NCBI RefSeq assembly: GCF_006345805.1
Contig: NC_043022.1
Location: forward strand, 11,904,001 to 11,968,000
Source of the DNA: Octopus sinensis
Taxonomy: Eukaryota
Reading direction: 5' to 3'
Length of the DNA: 64,000 nucleotides
The notes below the pieces were generated by a model. That model searched no databases and had not been told where the DNA came from. It saw only the letters and a program-made list of their open reading frames with translations. The translations under genes were made by a program, and so were the position numbers. This document shows, piece by piece, positions 61,161-64,000 of the stretch. Every line of letters starts with the position of its first letter. Position 1 is the stretch's first letter.

Positions 61161-62595
61161 ATATGAAGATACACATTGATGTATGACAGATAGGAAGCTG
61201 TACGTGTTAATAATTACAAAGAGAAGACAAGAAGTCGGTAATGAGAGATTGAAAGGTCAAGGTGAGGCGATGAGGAGGAAGGGATGGTGAAGTAAGACAG
61301 GTGTTTAATTGCTGTGGAAATATTTCACATTCCATGAAGGAGAGACAGTGTAATCTAACTTGTTACAAACTCAAGTCTATTGACAGCCGTCTCTCTCTCT
61401 CGCTTTGCAAGGATAAACATGTTTTATCAGACTCAGCAGTGTCTCTCTTTACAAACACACCCATGTCTTCACAACTCTCTCTCTCTCTTGCTCCACAAAA
61501 CACATTCACATCTTCTCACAGTTGACCCAGGTGACATGACAATTACACCATCTCATTCATTCAATCTAGACAAACCTTATTAAAAAAGAATGCATATACA
61601 CAGAAAAAAAAAAGGGAAACATCAACAGTCTCATTAATCACAAAATACTGTCCCCGACATCTGCACCACCACAAGCAACAGGTGCAGAAAAACCAGCATC
61701 TGTTGCGCTCTGGTCAAGTCCACCTTGTTCTCCTCCACTGTAAAGGATAAACATGACTAGACTATCACACAACATCTAATATACAATAAACCACCATATA
61801 TTAGCCTATCAATGGGAGGGCCTCTACAAAACAAGACACCTGGTATGTCTAAAATGCTTTCATTTAACCAAATATCTTGTCATTGTTTAGTCCCAGGTGA
61901 ACTCTGATCATTCTAGCCATGACCACCCTACCTGTTTATGAGTATTTAGGGCTACATAATCCAAAGTGACCCTCACACAGATATGCATGGTTATACTTAA
62001 CCAATATCTGGCATTCCCTGCTACTCCATGGATGCTGCAAATGCATTATCTTTTCCTTGTGACACATCCACAAGTGGAGAGGTTTGTAAGGGTACCTGGA
62101 GCCAGGCAGATGCTGCTGGAAACAGCCCAGGCACAGCAGAGGTGGTGAAGTTATTGTCTCTGCAATATCATTGACTGATGATGAAAAAGGCAAACCAGGG
62201 GGCTGGTGGATAAGGGTAGAGTTAAGAGGCTTCATGTGGGGTTAGAGCTGAAGTGGGAGATTACATGGGAGGTAAAAAAAAACCCAGAGTGGCAAGGGCT
62301 GATGGATCAGGACAAAGATAGGAGTTAACCCTTTCATTACTGTATTTATTTTGAGATGCTCTGTGTTTCTTTCAATTATTTTAAATATAACAAAGGACTT
62401 TGTAAAATAACTTAGTTATCATTAAGCTAGTGTTTGGAACATAAATTGTGACTAAGGCTTGGTGGAATATTTTAATTCAAAACTTATGAAAGCAGGACAT
62501 TTTACCACAGAGCCAGAGCCGGTTTTGGCCGGGTTAGTAACAAAAGGGTACAACAACAACAAAAACTCAAAAGGAAATATTAACAGTCAACTCAC

Positions 62596-62763
62596 CCCTA
62601 AATATTCCTCTTCATTGAACAACTGTGGTGGGAGGGCTGCTTCATTGCCACACAACGAACGCATCTTGTTTTTGTCCTCCACATCCTTGGAAATGTCAAT
62701 TTCGGTAAATTCAATGTTTTTGGAATTCAGAACGGTTTTAATGCTTTCAATCTTTTTCTTGGT
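62596..62763 (-). CDS. SH3BGRL3: SH3BGRL/SH3BGRL3-like (glutaredoxin/thioredoxin-fold) protein, internal exon TKKKIESIKTVLNSKNIEFTEIDISKDVEDKNKMRSLCGNEAALPPQLFNEEEYLG
   Basis: Acceptor tttgtgcag, donor GGG|gtgagt, phase 0/0. DIS...MR...GN..A.PPQ.FN...Y.G matches the SH3BGR family. Exact paralogue assignment is uncertain. Confidence 0.88.
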
Positions 62764-62874
62764 CTGCACAAAAAAATAGAACAAAAAAAATCCAGTTTAT
62801 AAACTGAATGACAACAGTAACTTCATTTATACAAATTCATCTGGGTTTTTTTTAATGTCCATTTTTTTTCATGC

Positions 62875-63400
62875 AAGCATAGGTCTGGAAGCTGTTCAGC
62901 GACGTGCAACCAAAAGAATACCCTCCATCAGGCATTTGCCATATTCTGAACGCCTTACTTCCCTGGGCATGGACACATTGAAACTCCGACGTCTGGCAGC
63001 TGACTTGGCAGACACCCATAAAATTATCAACCATCTTACAAACAATAACTCTGAGCACCTTTTCAAACTCCACCCGTTTAACACCCGTGGACATATTTAC
63101 AAAATCAGAAAACAGCACAGCTCCCATGACTTCAGGAAACATTTTTTCACGCTGAGAGTTGCTGAAGCGTGGAACAAACTGCCGGCATCAGTTGTTAGTT
63201 GTCGGAGCACTGCATCCTTCAAAACTTCCATGCTTCCTGAGATTCGCCAACACTACACCTGATTTTCTCCCCTCCATACACACGCAAGCATTGTTCGCTT
63301 TTCAGACATTTGTACATTACTGCATGTACTTTATACGCACTTTCTGACAAGTTGTGGTGCACCTGAGCACTGTATACAATTAATTTCATTATTATTATTA
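62875..63400 (+). mobile_element. CR1-like LINE 3' fragment (second copy 42241-42562)
   Basis: [34 protein letters not shown], (ATT)n tail. Confidence 0.88.
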
Positions 63401-64000
63401 TAATATTGAGGCAGTATTGTTTTACAGGAGGACAGTTTTCCTGTCGCTAACCCTTACCTGTTTTCCAAGTAAGGGAACTCTTATTCTACACACCTTCAAA
63501 GACACAAAGCTAGCAGATAATTTGCTGACAGGAGAAATGACAAGAACTTCACTGCTTGCAGCTCAGCAATTTTTGGAGAAGTCAAAATGCAAACAAACAC
63601 ATATACACATCATATTTACTCGTGTATAAGTTGCACTTTTTTATTCCTGATTAAAAATTTAAAAAACTGGAAAAGTGGCCCTCAAAAAATGTCGAGGATT
63701 TATTATAGAGAAATCACTATTAAACTTCATGGAAATATCTCCAGCATTGTAAATATTTTTGTGTATTTGGTTTCATAAATTTCACTAGGCGTAAGAGTTG
63801 CTGTGTGGTAAGTAGCTTGCTTATGAACCACATGGTTCCGGGTTCAGTGCCACTGCGTAGCACCTTGGGCAAATGTCTTCTACTATAGCCTCAGGCTGAC
63901 CAAAGCCTTGTGAGTGGATTTGGCAGACGGAAACTGAAAGAAGCCCGTCATATATATGTATATGTATGAATATATGTATGTGTATATGTTTGTGTGTCTG

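Noticed and set aside
61640-61738. Possible extra minus-strand exon (acceptor atcctttacag)
   Set aside because: Phase 0 gives an early stop, other frames give unrecognisable peptides, and the SH3BGRL3-like protein is already complete without it.
62176-62195. CUGAUGA near gaaaa
   Set aside because: No room for helix II; chance match. The same applies to hits near 52420 and 48250.

Overview
Repeat-dense animal genomic DNA, very likely Octopus (inferred from the SINE, LINE and MITE families I recognise, not from a database search). It holds two convergent protein-coding genes. (1) CSTF1 (CstF-50) on +, 13 coding exons from 9796 to 44931, about 429 aa. As assembled, exon 2 has a 1-nt deletion frameshift. 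(2) The last two coding exons of an SH3BGRL/SH3BGRL3-like thioredoxin-fold gene on - (62596-62763, 57229-57294); its exon 1 was not found in the window and probably lies beyond the right edge. There is also a degenerate tRNA-Lys(UUU). The rest is SINEs, RTE and CR1 LINE fragments, MITEs, two Helitron-like elements, satellites and microsatellites. The main unexpected signal is a set of hammerhead-ribozyme (HHR) motifs of the Penelope-like/retrozyme type. A 759-bp element has near-perfect 278-bp inverted arms, each with a complete type I hammerhead (54735-55493). An intact hammerhead lies antisense in CSTF1 intron 8 (34801-34896), and four more variant or decayed motifs are present. Head-to-tail SINE multimers also share a fixed junction at two independent loci. 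All structures were read by eye; no folding, alignment or search was run.
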